A DNA stretch of 38,295 bases from Bdellovibrionota bacterium (GTDB taxonomy: Bacteria > Bdellovibrionota_C > UBA2361 > OMII01): assembly GCA_044345405.1 (NCBI GenBank), contig JBIJBE010000037.1, forward strand, positions 1 through 38,295, read 5' to 3'. The position numbers and the translations under genes were made by a program. How positions within the stretch are numbered: position 1 is the first letter of the stretch; each line of letters starts with the position of its first letter. Positions 10,676 through 19,769 of this stretch are shown piece after piece. Below the pieces are notes generated by a model. It did not search any database. It was not told the DNA's origin and saw only the letters and a list, made by a program, of their open reading frames with translations.

Positions 10676-11380
10676 CTATACCTCATCCTTCGAAAGAGCG
10701 CTTTCAGATAAGGCACTTAGGTGCTCGAAAAAGGTACCATCAACCTCCTTCGGGACCACGACCTCTCCCGATTGACGGTCAACAGTGATACCGAGCCCCC
10801 GAACTAACGCCCCCATCTTCTCCGCTACCGGCTTCCGACACACCGCCGCTCGACGGGGAGCGCCCAAATTGGGGTAGCACACCGCGAATAACCGCTCCCA
10901 CTCAAAACAGAGACCGGGGTCTGACTTTCCACGGAAACCGGCGATCTGTTCGTGGCCGACGATGACCTCGGGCCGATTGAGTGCCGGGTAGAGGGACTTA
11001 AGACGCTCGACAACCGCAAAGAGGGAGGCGTACTGCGCCTCCGAGTACGGAAAGAGGTTTCCGTTCAGATTCACCAGCTCGATACCGATCGAGCGATCGT
11101 TAAAGGACTCGACGAGCTGGGAATCTCCGTTTGTTGAAACCTCCATCCGACTTTTGCCAGCGTGCCACGCCCGTCGCGCAGTTCCACCCAGACACGGCAC
11201 CAGCTCATAGATCGAGCCATCACGGTCGATCACAAGGTGAGCCGATACCTCAGACCCCGCATCCGTAAATATCTCTAACGTGCGCTCCAAGGTAGCGGCG
11301 GTAAAGTGCAAAACCACGAACTCAACCGGGACATCGAGGTCAGTAAAATTTGGGGAGCGAACCGTTGTACGTATGTTCAT
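10676..11380 (-). CDS. N-acetylmuramoyl-L-alanine amidase (Amidase_2, AmpD/AmiD-like)
   Basis: SPNF, VVLHFT, VSAHLVI, RAWHAG, NDRSIGIEL and VGHEQIA...KSDPG motifs. ATG at 11380 avoids overlap with the antiporter. Confidence 0.92.
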   Translation of the reverse strand: MNIRTTVRSPNFTDLDVPVEFVVLHFTAATLERTLEIFTDAGSEVSAHLVIDRDGSIYELVPCLGGTARRAWHAGKSRMEVSTNGDSQLVESFNDRSIGIELVNLNGNLFPYSEAQYASLFAVVERLKSLYPALNRPEVIVGHEQIAGFRGKSDPGLCFEWERLFAVCYPNLGAPRRAAVCRKPVAEKMGALVRGLGITVDRQSGEVVVPKEVDGTFFEHLSALSESALSKDEV

Positions 11381-11591
11381 CGAAGGTAGCCTCGCGACAC
11401 AAACCCGTTGACCAAAGGGCCTCCTGAGTATTCCACATAGAACCTTGAGCACGGTAGGGCTAAAAACCACCCGTACGTATGCGCGCCCATTGGCCCAAAG
11501 GAACATCCTGATCTCACGCAGGAAAAGAGGCTGACAACAGAGAGGTAACTTCCTATCCTCGCCCAACGACATCTGCCCCTCGGAGGATCTT

Positions 11592-12767
11592 ATGGTGATA
11601 TCAAAGTTAGCGCTCCTACTGATCTCATGCGTAGTCGCCATCATAGCTCGCCGAACCCGCCTCCCCTACACTGTCGGATTGGTGGTCGTCGGATTCCTTC
11701 TCAACTCCAGCGGGATAACATCCGATACGCATCTCTCCTATGACCTCATTTTCGACCTGCTGCTCCCTCCCCTCATTTTCGAGGCGGCTTTTCACCTCAA
11801 ATGGCGCGAGCTCAAACCTATCCTTCGCCCCGTGACGATTCTCGCCACAGCTGGCGTTGTCGTATCGAGTGGGATCGCGGCGGGGCTCCTCGTGCTCACC
11901 ACTGGACTCTCCCTCCCAGCGTGCCTCATCATCGGCATCGTTCTCTCGGCGACGGACCCGGTATCCGTGCTCGCGCTCCTGAAAGAGGCGAAGCTCCCTT
12001 CACGCATTCACAAACTCTTGGAGGCCGAGAGCCTCTTTAACGATGGAACCGCCTCAATCCTCTTCGCGATCACGCCGCTCGTACTCGCTGGCGCGACTTC
12101 GGTCACCAGCATCGGCACTATCTCAATCGTAGAGGTCCTTGGAGGGATCGGGATCGGAGTGCTTGTTGGATTCGCGGCGATGCTGATCGCGGGGCGAACG
12201 AACGATCACCTCGTGGAGATTGCGATGACGGTGATCGCGGCGTTCGCCTCATTCTCTATCGCACAGAGCTTTCATACCTCGGGCATCCTCTCAACCCTCG
12301 CGGCGGGAATGGTGATCGGTAACCTTGATCGCTTTGGTTCCATCACCGAGAAGGGGCTGCATGAGGCTCATTCATTTTGGGAATTCGCCTGCTTTGTAGC
12401 GAACTCCTTTATCTTCATCTTGATAGGACTCGATCTCAACCTATGGGAGATACCGGGCGCGGTGTGGGTAACAACCTGCACTATCGGCAGTATGCTCATC
12501 GCTCGAGCGGTCGCGGTCTACGGGTGGTGCTTCCCTCTGAGGCGCACGAAGGACGTGGTTCCTGGCATCGTTCAACACCTTCTCTTCTGGGGAGGATTGC
12601 GTGGCGCCCTCTCTATCGCCTTGGTTCTCTCCCTGCCGACAGACTTTCCCGATCGGGCGATCATCATCGCGGCGGTGTTCAACGCGGTCGTGTTCTCCAT
12701 CATCGTGCAAGGGATGTCCGTTTCGCCCCTGATACACCGAGTAAAGACAACGGTCGCGGACACCTAG
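11592..12767 (+). CDS. CPA1-family (NhaP-like) Na+/H+ antiporter
   Basis: LLPPLIFEAA, SATDPVSV, EAESLFNDG and WGGLRGALS motifs; polytopic membrane protein. Confidence 0.92.
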   Translation: MVISKLALLLISCVVAIIARRTRLPYTVGLVVVGFLLNSSGITSDTHLSYDLIFDLLLPPLIFEAAFHLKWRELKPILRPVTILATAGVVVSSGIAAGLLVLTTGLSLPACLIIGIVLSATDPVSVLALLKEAKLPSRIHKLLEAESLFNDGTASILFAITPLVLAGATSVTSIGTISIVEVLGGIGIGVLVGFAAMLIAGRTNDHLVEIAMTVIAAFASFSIAQSFHTSGILSTLAAGMVIGNLDRFGSITEKGLHEAHSFWEFACFVANSFIFILIGLDLNLWEIPGAVWVTTCTIGSMLIARAVAVYGWCFPLRRTKDVVPGIVQHLLFWGGLRGALSIALVLSLPTDFPDRAIIIAAVFNAVVFSIIVQGMSVSPLIHRVKTTVADT

Positions 12768-12779
12768 AACAACTTTCAC

Positions 12780-13139
12780 CTAGAACAAAACTGGCGCGAG
12801 GAAGGCGAAGAATCCGCCCACGAGGTAGGCAAGCAAGGATACCTTGAGAATCACCCCCGAAACCTTTTGCGCTCGCGCGCATTCAGCCGCGAGCTTCGGG
12901 TCCGCGGAACACTGCGGCGGAATAAAGATCCGCATCGCGAGGTTCGCGAAGAGGAGGATCCCGGCGACCAAGAACACGATCCCCTTATGCTCTGAGAACC
13001 AGATGAGTTGCGGAAACACCCCTAATAAGGAAGCGAAGGTCGCTCCCGCGCCAAGCACCACAAACAGCGCGGGAAGCGCGCAACAGATTAAGGTACTGAG
13101 CGAAACAAAGAGGGTCGCAAACGAGAGGACACTCTTCAT
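12780..13139 (-). CDS. MerT/MerC-like small metal-transport membrane protein
   Basis: Three hydrophobic segments, a vicinal ICCALP Cys pair in TM1 and a second Cys pair (C...C) in a loop. Confidence 0.75.
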   Translation of the reverse strand: MKSVLSFATLFVSLSTLICCALPALFVVLGAGATFASLLGVFPQLIWFSEHKGIVFLVAGILLFANLAMRIFIPPQCSADPKLAAECARAQKVSGVILKVSLLAYLVGGFFAFLAPVLF

Positions 13140-13141
13140 GC

Positions 13142-13432
13142 TTACGCTTTCCGCTCTATCGAAACCACCTCGTAGCCGGCGTCCACGATACTCTCCTTGA
13201 CGTCAAAGTCGGTAAGGTTCTTTCCCTGCTTTGTAGTGATAGTCACGATCTTCTTGTCGAGGTCGACATCAACGCTCTCAACCTCATCTTTCCGTGTGAA
13301 GGTCTTTGTAATGCCTTGCGCGCAGAATGAGCACACCATTCCCTTTACCGCGACCGTAATCTGATCGGCGAACGCGACACGAGAAACAAGTGAAGCAACA
13401 ATAATACCACTGACCACCATCCATTTTTTCAT
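13142..13432 (-). CDS. Periplasmic heavy-metal-associated (HMA, MerP/CopZ-like) protein
   Basis: Signal peptide (VAFA|D), VKGMVCSFC metal motif and AGY terminal motif. Confidence 0.9.
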   Translation of the reverse strand: MKKWMVVSGIIVASLVSRVAFADQITVAVKGMVCSFCAQGITKTFTRKDEVESVDVDLDKKIVTITTKQGKNLTDFDVKESIVDAGYEVVSIERKA

Positions 13433-13445
13433 AGATCTCTCTCCT

Positions 13446-14084
13446 CTAAAAATGTGCCGCCCCGGCGACGAACGGCGTCCCCTCGCCTAAGCTCGCGCCT
13501 GCCTCGAGCACAAAATTGTTATAGAACAAACGAACTATCGGGGACACTCGAACGCTCTCATCCATCTCGGGCATAATGTCGACCTGCATCACAAGCCAGG
13601 TATTAAGCCGGTCAAATGCAGATTTGTAGGGAGCGACTCCAAGTCGACTACGATACCGACTGAACTGAACGTTATCGTCCGATTGCAACGTCTCAGCCGA
13701 TACCTGACTGTATATCCGCCGTGTTTCGTAGTCGGCTTCAAGCGCTCCGTACGCCGCAACGGCGTCGCTCTTCACAGAATCGTGGCGACCACCGAAACCA
13801 AGTGAAGCATTGACGTTGGCCTGAGAATCCAATTCATTCCAACGCTTGATCAGATAGTTAAACTGTCCGATACCGAATTCGGCGGTGCTGTCCTTTCCTT
13901 GTCGGTAGTACGAGGAGGCTCCAACAGCGTATCGATTCGTGACAGAGTAGTTGAGCTGAAGATCGAACCAGTCTTTGTTGTAAGCGGGCATCACGCCGTA
14001 TCCCCCTTTGAAGCTGACGGGATTGGCGTGAGCCGATGAGCTCATCGTCCCAACGAGCGCTGACAACAAGCAACAGAATTTCAC
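13446..14084 (-). CDS. Putative outer-membrane beta-barrel protein in the metal cluster
   Basis: Signal peptide ending SAHA, alternating beta-strand pattern and C-terminal Phe; only 13 bp from the HMA gene. Start uncertain (GTG 14084 or ATG 14141). Confidence 0.7.
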   Translation of the reverse strand: MKFCCLLSALVGTMSSSAHANPVSFKGGYGVMPAYNKDWFDLQLNYSVTNRYAVGASSYYRQGKDSTAEFGIGQFNYLIKRWNELDSQANVNASLGFGGRHDSVKSDAVAAYGALEADYETRRIYSQVSAETLQSDDNVQFSRYRSRLGVAPYKSAFDRLNTWLVMQVDIMPEMDESVRVSPIVRLFYNNFVLEAGASLGEGTPFVAGAAHF

Positions 14085-14325
14085 CAGGCTATCTGGATTC
14101 CATCGCAAGCCGAACGGAAATTGAAGGACCGGGGGTTTCATCACAAAGCCGTCGTTTTTAAACAATGTTCCTACTTTCCCCGACTCATTTTACACCTCAC
14201 ATCGCCAACCAGGAACCGGGCCCGGAACGATCCCGGTTACCACACAAGCATAAGTAAGATCTTGATATCTTGATCAATTATATCAACCAAAACCACCTGT
14301 GCTCGCTTGTATGGAGAGGAGCAGT

Positions 14326-14370
14326 GGAGAACACAACTATTGTGCACTCAATTTACATAGTTGGCACATG
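14326..14370 (+). promoter_or_regulatory. Possible operator/promoter of the rhodopsin gene (11-bp-periodic RCA repeats)
   Basis: ACA/GCA at 14333, 14344, 14355 and 14366; includes -35-like TTTACA at 14352. Confidence 0.25.
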
Positions 14371-14482
14371 TCGAGATAGGCTTTAAACCCTGGTCTGGGA
14401 GGGTGTCGGTGATCCAGCTTGTTCTGTGATCCTCAAATGTCCCGATACCCCCACTACAAACCTTCTTCATGAGGCAGAACCC

Positions 14483-15235
14483 ATGGAAATGTTAAATGTC
14501 GGGCAGTTTGAACTCGTTTCAAATGCCTTCTCTTTCGCAATCGCCGTGATGGGCGCAGCAACCATCTTCTTGTTCCTCGGCCGTAGTCAGGTCGCTCCAC
14601 AGTACAAGACTGCTGTTACAATCAGCGGCATCGTGACCCTCATCGCTTTCTACCACTACTGGAGGATCTTTGATTCCTGGCAGGGTGCTTACGCTGTTAC
14701 CAAGACCGGCCTGGAGGCAACCGCTCACAAGTTCAACGACGCATACCGTTACGTTGATTGGCTCCTTACCGTTCCACTCCTCCTCATCGAGCTCATCCTC
14801 GTCATGAGACTCTCACGAGAGGAGACGGTTTCGAAGGCTCAGAAGCTTGCGGGCGCCGCTGCTCTCATGATCCTTCTCGGATACCCAGGAGAGATCGCTA
14901 CCGACATGGGAACAAAGTTCAAGTGGTGGTTCCTCTCCATGATTCCGTTCATGTACATCGTGATGAATCTCTTCTCCGGTCTCTCAAAGGCTATCAATGC
15001 TCAGCCTGAGTCCGTACGAGATCTCATCATAGCTGCCCGTAACCTTACGGTGCTCTCATGGTGCTTCTACCCTGTGGTGTATGCCCTCTACTTCTTCCCA
15101 GGAGCAAACGTGGGAAGCTCTGAGGTTACCACCTACGTTCAGATCGGGTACACAATCGCGGATATCATCGCTAAGGCGGTATTCGGTGTATTCATCTACG
15201 TAGTAGCGGTTCGGAAGTCTGAGTCTAACGCTTAA
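14483..15235 (+). CDS. Xanthorhodopsin/Gloeobacter-rhodopsin-like DTE light-driven proton pump
   Basis: Seven TM helices; helix B YHY; helix C FNDAYRYVDWLLTVPLLLIE (D-T-E); GYPGE; helix G DIIAK retinal lysine. GAGG RBS precedes ATG 14483. Confidence 0.95.
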   Translation: MEMLNVGQFELVSNAFSFAIAVMGAATIFLFLGRSQVAPQYKTAVTISGIVTLIAFYHYWRIFDSWQGAYAVTKTGLEATAHKFNDAYRYVDWLLTVPLLLIELILVMRLSREETVSKAQKLAGAAALMILLGYPGEIATDMGTKFKWWFLSMIPFMYIVMNLFSGLSKAINAQPESVRDLIIAARNLTVLSWCFYPVVYALYFFPGANVGSSEVTTYVQIGYTIADIIAKAVFGVFIYVVAVRKSESNA

Positions 15236-15266
15236 GACATCCACGTCTTTCACAAGACGTATCGCG

Positions 15267-15295
15267 AGCAGCGCCTTCGGGCGCTGCTTTTTTTT
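15267..15295 (+). terminator. Strong Rho-independent terminator after the rhodopsin gene
   Basis: AGCAGCGCC-TTCG-GGCGCTGCT followed by a T-run. Confidence 0.9.
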
Positions 15296-15413
15296 GCCGC
15301 GAATCTTTCCCCTGTGGCGCCTATCCACCATTGAGAGCGGCCCCTCCGAATCACCTCTTCAAAGGCGGATTTTATAATATCGTTAACGGATGGTTCTTGG
15401 TACAGTCTGACCC

Positions 15414-16949
15414 ATGAAGAGTGTCGTCATTGGAAGTGGAGCAGGAAGCCTGGCAAGCGCGTTGCGTTTACGGGCGCTCGGTCACGAGGTCGATGTTCTT
15501 GAGGCTTGCCCGGACGCCGGAGGGCGCGCTCGAGCCTTCTCCTTTCATGGACACACCTTCGACGCGGGACCGACCGTTATAACCGCGCCATGGCTCTTCG
15601 ATGAGCTGTTCGAGCTCTTTGGTGAGCGCCGCCCCGACCACGTTGAGTTCCTCCCCTGCGATCCGTGGTACCGTCTGATGTACGCCGACGGCACACAGAT
15701 GGATTTGGTGCCCTCCGTTGAGCGACAGGAGGCTGAGATCGCACGCATCTCAGCACGGGACGCGTCTCATTACCGAGACTATCTCGCGCACAGCCAGGAG
15801 CTGTATCGGGTTGGATACGAGCAGCTCGGAGACGCTGACTTCTCAAACATCACGTCGATGCTCACCATGATACCAAGTCTCCTCAAGCTCGGAGGCTTCT
15901 CAACGCTATGGCGACACACAGCCAAGTACTTCTCGGACGAACGGGTGCGGCAAGCGTTCTCACTTCCCCCACTCCTGGTTGGTGGCAATCCCCTCACAAC
16001 GACCGCTATCTACGGGCTGATTCACGCGATGGAGCGCAAAGGTGGCATTTGGTTCGCTCGGGGTGGAACCTCTGCCTTAATCGCGCAGCTCGTGGCGCTC
16101 GCTCAGCGCCACGGAATCCGTTTTCACTTTGACCACAAGGTAGTTTCCGTCTCAACAGACACCTCGGGGCGGATCTCCTCGGTCGAAGCAGCCCACCAGG
16201 GCCAGCAAGTGGTTTTCCCTTGTGACCTGGCGGTGTGGGGAGGAGATCCTCGCGCCCTCTACGCGACCCTTGGACGAGAGCGACTCTCGCTCATGGAACG
16301 ACTGAGGGATCGCACAACCACCTCCTCGATGGGCCTCTTTGTTCTCTATTTTAAGACCAAGCGTTCCTACCCAGAGGTAGCCCACCACACGATCGTTTTG
16401 TCGGAGAGATGGGAGGGTCTCCTCAAAGAGATATTCAACGGCAAGAGGCTTCCCAAGGATCCGAGTCTCTACCTTCACCGTCCAGTGGCGACCGACCCGA
16501 GCATGGCCACTGATAACGGAGAACTCTTCTATGTATTGGCACCGGTCCCCCATCTTGGAAACTACCGCGATTGGAGCACCGAGCTTGGTCGATTCACGAA
16601 GACCGTTATCGATATCCTCTCCGAGCGGGCGCTACCCGGACTATCTACGGAACTCGCCTTCAGCGAGTCGATCGATCCTCGCTACTTTAGAGATACCCTT
16701 TCCAGTCCATTAGGCGCTGGATTCTCGATCGCGCCTACTCTGAGCCAGTCCGCATGGTTCCGATTCCACAACAGGATGGACAAAATTCCTAATCTCTACC
16801 TGTGTGGAGCGGGTGTGCATCCTGGGGGGGGCCTTCCCGGCGTTGTAACCTCAGCCAAGGTTGTAGAGCGCATGGTGGCTCGTGATTATCCAGCAGTGAG
16901 CACCACTCGATCCGCCCGCCCTGAGATAGTAGCGAGGTCAGCCGCATGA
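15414..16949 (+). CDS. crtI: Phytoene desaturase
   Basis: N-terminal FAD motif VVIGSGAGS, GGRAR, FDAGPTVIT and NLYLCGAGVHPGGGLPGV. Confidence 0.95.
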   Translation: MKSVVIGSGAGSLASALRLRALGHEVDVLEACPDAGGRARAFSFHGHTFDAGPTVITAPWLFDELFELFGERRPDHVEFLPCDPWYRLMYADGTQMDLVPSVERQEAEIARISARDASHYRDYLAHSQELYRVGYEQLGDADFSNITSMLTMIPSLLKLGGFSTLWRHTAKYFSDERVRQAFSLPPLLVGGNPLTTTAIYGLIHAMERKGGIWFARGGTSALIAQLVALAQRHGIRFHFDHKVVSVSTDTSGRISSVEAAHQGQQVVFPCDLAVWGGDPRALYATLGRERLSLMERLRDRTTTSSMGLFVLYFKTKRSYPEVAHHTIVLSERWEGLLKEIFNGKRLPKDPSLYLHRPVATDPSMATDNGELFYVLAPVPHLGNYRDWSTELGRFTKTVIDILSERALPGLSTELAFSESIDPRYFRDTLSSPLGAGFSIAPTLSQSAWFRFHNRMDKIPNLYLCGAGVHPGGGLPGVVTSAKVVERMVARDYPAVSTTRSARPEIVARSAA

Positions 16950-17797
16950 GTGGTGAGATGCGGCTCATCTCGAAGGCTGGAAAGACCTTTTACTTCGCGA
17001 CCCTTTGGCTCGAAAAGCAAGTGCGTTTCGACGCGGCGCTCGCCTACGATTTCTGCCGCACCGTTGACGATATCGCTGACGGCACCCTATCGGACACGGA
17101 GCGAGATACCCAGCTGCGGGAGATCGCCCTCGCCGTCACGCATGGAGACACCGAACAAAAGCTGGTAAGACCTCTCGCCCCTCTCATCGCCCGCTTTCCG
17201 GAGATCCGGGAACCTCTCGCTGCGCTGGTAGAGGCGTGCAGAACCGATACCGCATCCCTCCACATCCACAGCGAGGAGGACCTCGAGCGGTACGCGTTCG
17301 GAGTGGCCGGCAACGTCGGACTGATCATGTATCCGATTCTCGGCGGCCGGGCCGACGCCGGTCGCTCCTATGCGGCGGATCTCGGCATAGCGATGCAATA
17401 CACCAACATCGCCCGCGATATTTTTGAGGACCTCGCTCGCAACCGAGTCTATGTTCCAAGCTCGTGGATCGGGGAACAGGACATAAGAAAACTAGGTGCC
17501 GATATCACCTGCTCCGAGCAAGTAGTTGTGGACGCAGTGCGACGACTGCTGAAACGAGCCGAGGAGCGATACACGCGCGGCCTCTCGGGCATTTCGTACC
17601 TCGCTCCAGAGAACCGCTTCGCCATTAGGGTAGCCGCTCGTTGCTACGCCGCAATCGGGGAACGTGTCATTCGAGATGGACACCTGGCTCGAGAGCGGGC
17701 GGTCGTTCCACTCTCCCGCAAGATAGTGTTAGCGTGCTCGATGGGACTGTTCGGTGAGAGAAAATCCAACTACGAACGTTCGTCGTGCGAGACATGA
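16946..17797 (+). CDS. crtB: Phytoene synthase
   Basis: KTFYFA, YDFCRTVDDIAD, VAGNVG and LGIAMQYTNIARDIFED...RVYVP; ATGA overlap with crtI. Confidence 0.95.
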   Translation: MSGEMRLISKAGKTFYFATLWLEKQVRFDAALAYDFCRTVDDIADGTLSDTERDTQLREIALAVTHGDTEQKLVRPLAPLIARFPEIREPLAALVEACRTDTASLHIHSEEDLERYAFGVAGNVGLIMYPILGGRADAGRSYAADLGIAMQYTNIARDIFEDLARNRVYVPSSWIGEQDIRKLGADITCSEQVVVDAVRRLLKRAEERYTRGLSGISYLAPENRFAIRVAARCYAAIGERVIRDGHLARERAVVPLSRKIVLACSMGLFGERKSNYERSSCET

Positions 17798-18891
17798 GGA
17801 TAACCAGCGTAGGAATCCGCGGAGCCGGACTCTCCGGTTTGAGCGTCGCACGGGAGCTCCTCAGAGAAGATCCGCGCCTCACGATCACCATCTTTGACAC
17901 CCGACATCGACTCCCGCATCCCACTCGAACGTTCTGTTTTTTTAGACCGAGCGACTTCCGATCCTCCGCGATACCCTCTATCTCTTGGGACACCGTCATC
18001 TTTCGCGGACGTTCCTTCGAGCGTCGTCTCGATGTCTCCCACCGTCCGTACACCATGATTCAAGGTGATGACTTTTTCTCCACTACCCTGCGAGAACTTG
18101 AGGAGGGCGGCGTTCATTTTCGTTGGGACTGCGCGGCTGTCGAGATCCACGGAAACTCAATTCAAGTCGGGAACGAAACGCAAAGATTTGACCTCGTGAT
18201 CGACGCCGCGTTCGAGGCAGAGGGGGCTCAATCCACGCTATGGCAATCATTCGCTGGCGTCTGGGTCACGATGGACGTCCCCTCTTTCGACCCGAGCGCG
18301 GCGATACTGATGGATCTTGAGGAAAGCAGCGCCGAGGCTCCGGTGAGCTTCCTGTACATCCTGCCAACCTCCCAACGAACGGCCCTCGTCGAGCATACCA
18401 CGTTCAGCCCATCCCCGATGGCGAAGGAGTACCATCTGGAGAGATGCTTTGCGTGGCTCGGGAGACACCACCCCGGAACGAGTCAACGGGGAGCCACCGA
18501 ATATGGACGAATACCGATGGGGCTCCAAAGATCACCCAACCAGGGGGCGCGACTCGTTGGCAGCGCCGCCGGGGTTGTTCGGCCGGCTACTGGCTACGCC
18601 TTCCTTCGCGCTCAAGAGCACGCCCGTCAGGTAGCGCTGCATCTCCTTGGCAAGGGAGGCGCCCCGTCGAAACCCTACCCAAGCTGGCTTACGGTCGCCG
18701 ACTCCCTTTTTCTCCGCGCGCTGCGCAACACACCAGAACAAGGGGGACACATCATGGAGAGACTCCTCTCTCGCGCTCGCGCCGATTCACTGGTAGCGTT
18801 TCTCTCTGGAGATGTCGGGCCCCTCGACGCCGTATCCGTCTGGGCCTCAGTCCCTAAGTGCACCATGATTCGCTCATTACTTCGCGTATGA
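17794..18891 (+). CDS. crtY: Lycopene beta-cyclase
   Basis: GAGLSGLS, ILMD, FLYILP...ALVEHTTFS, EYGRIPM and GVVRPATGYAF; ATGA overlap with crtB. Confidence 0.9.
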   Translation: MRITSVGIRGAGLSGLSVARELLREDPRLTITIFDTRHRLPHPTRTFCFFRPSDFRSSAIPSISWDTVIFRGRSFERRLDVSHRPYTMIQGDDFFSTTLRELEEGGVHFRWDCAAVEIHGNSIQVGNETQRFDLVIDAAFEAEGAQSTLWQSFAGVWVTMDVPSFDPSAAILMDLEESSAEAPVSFLYILPTSQRTALVEHTTFSPSPMAKEYHLERCFAWLGRHHPGTSQRGATEYGRIPMGLQRSPNQGARLVGSAAGVVRPATGYAFLRAQEHARQVALHLLGKGGAPSKPYPSWLTVADSLFLRALRNTPEQGGHIMERLLSRARADSLVAFLSGDVGPLDAVSVWASVPKCTMIRSLLRV

Positions 18892-19745
18892 AAAATGGCA
18901 CGATTCTCGTTCTCTCCCTCTTCGTAGCTCTGGCGGGGTGTTGGTTGATCGTGCCCGCCGCGTGCGAATGGATCGCTTTGGCTCTCATGGTTTGCGCGGG
19001 AATTCCTCACGGATCATTCGACCTGCGGGTCGCTGAGGCGAAGTGGAGACGCTCTCCCTCTTCGCGAAAAATGATCGTGACGGCGTATCTCGGGGGAGTA
19101 TTTGGAATGACGGGGCTGTGCGTATTCTTCCCCTTACTCGGAATCTCCTTATTCCTTCTTATCTCGGCGCTCCACTTTTCGGAGGGAGAGACTCATGCCA
19201 CCACACCTCCCTCCCCCTTGATCGGCACCGCGTTCGGGGTAAGCGCCATCCTTCTGCCGATCGGCTTGCATACTGACGAAGCTCAAATTTATATGGGGTA
19301 CTTCGTATCTCAGGACCTCTTCGCGAGCATCTCCGCGCACCTTCAAACCGTCGCGCACATCGTCGCCACGTTCCTGGCGATATCGCTTCTGATCTCTCTC
19401 CAGCAACGAAGGTATGACAGCGCGGAATCCTTGCAGCGACTCGTGTGTCTCGTCGCTTGGGTGTTCCTTCCGCCGCTCGCTGGATTCACGGTATGGTTCA
19501 TAGGCAGGCACTCTCGGCAACACCTTGAGCTGTGTCGCGAGATGTTCTCTTCGCGTGGGATCCGAATTCCGTTGGATTTCGCCGTTATTTCCGCCCTCGC
19601 TCTCCTCGGCCTTCTCCCCTTCGCCCTCTACTTCGATTTCTCCCGGATAGAGGAGCTCTTCGCGGCGTCTCTGTGTCTCATTGCCGGATTGACCCTGCCC
19701 CACATGGTGGTATCTCATCGAATGCGAGAGAGCTTCCACTCCTAA
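18888..19745 (+). CDS. blh: Brp/Blh beta-carotene 15,15'-dioxygenase
   Basis: GIPHGSFD, LHF, HSRQH and LTLPH His motifs in a membrane protein; ATGA overlap with crtY. Confidence 0.92.
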   Translation: MKNGTILVLSLFVALAGCWLIVPAACEWIALALMVCAGIPHGSFDLRVAEAKWRRSPSSRKMIVTAYLGGVFGMTGLCVFFPLLGISLFLLISALHFSEGETHATTPPSPLIGTAFGVSAILLPIGLHTDEAQIYMGYFVSQDLFASISAHLQTVAHIVATFLAISLLISLQQRRYDSAESLQRLVCLVAWVFLPPLAGFTVWFIGRHSRQHLELCREMFSSRGIRIPLDFAVISALALLGLLPFALYFDFSRIEELFAASLCLIAGLTLPHMVVSHRMRESFHS

Positions 19746-19769
19746 CCATGTCCGAAAACCTTATCATCG

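Noticed and set aside
11381-11644. 88-aa N-terminal extension of the amidase ORF
   Set aside because: It overlaps the divergent antiporter start, and family similarity begins at ATG 11380.
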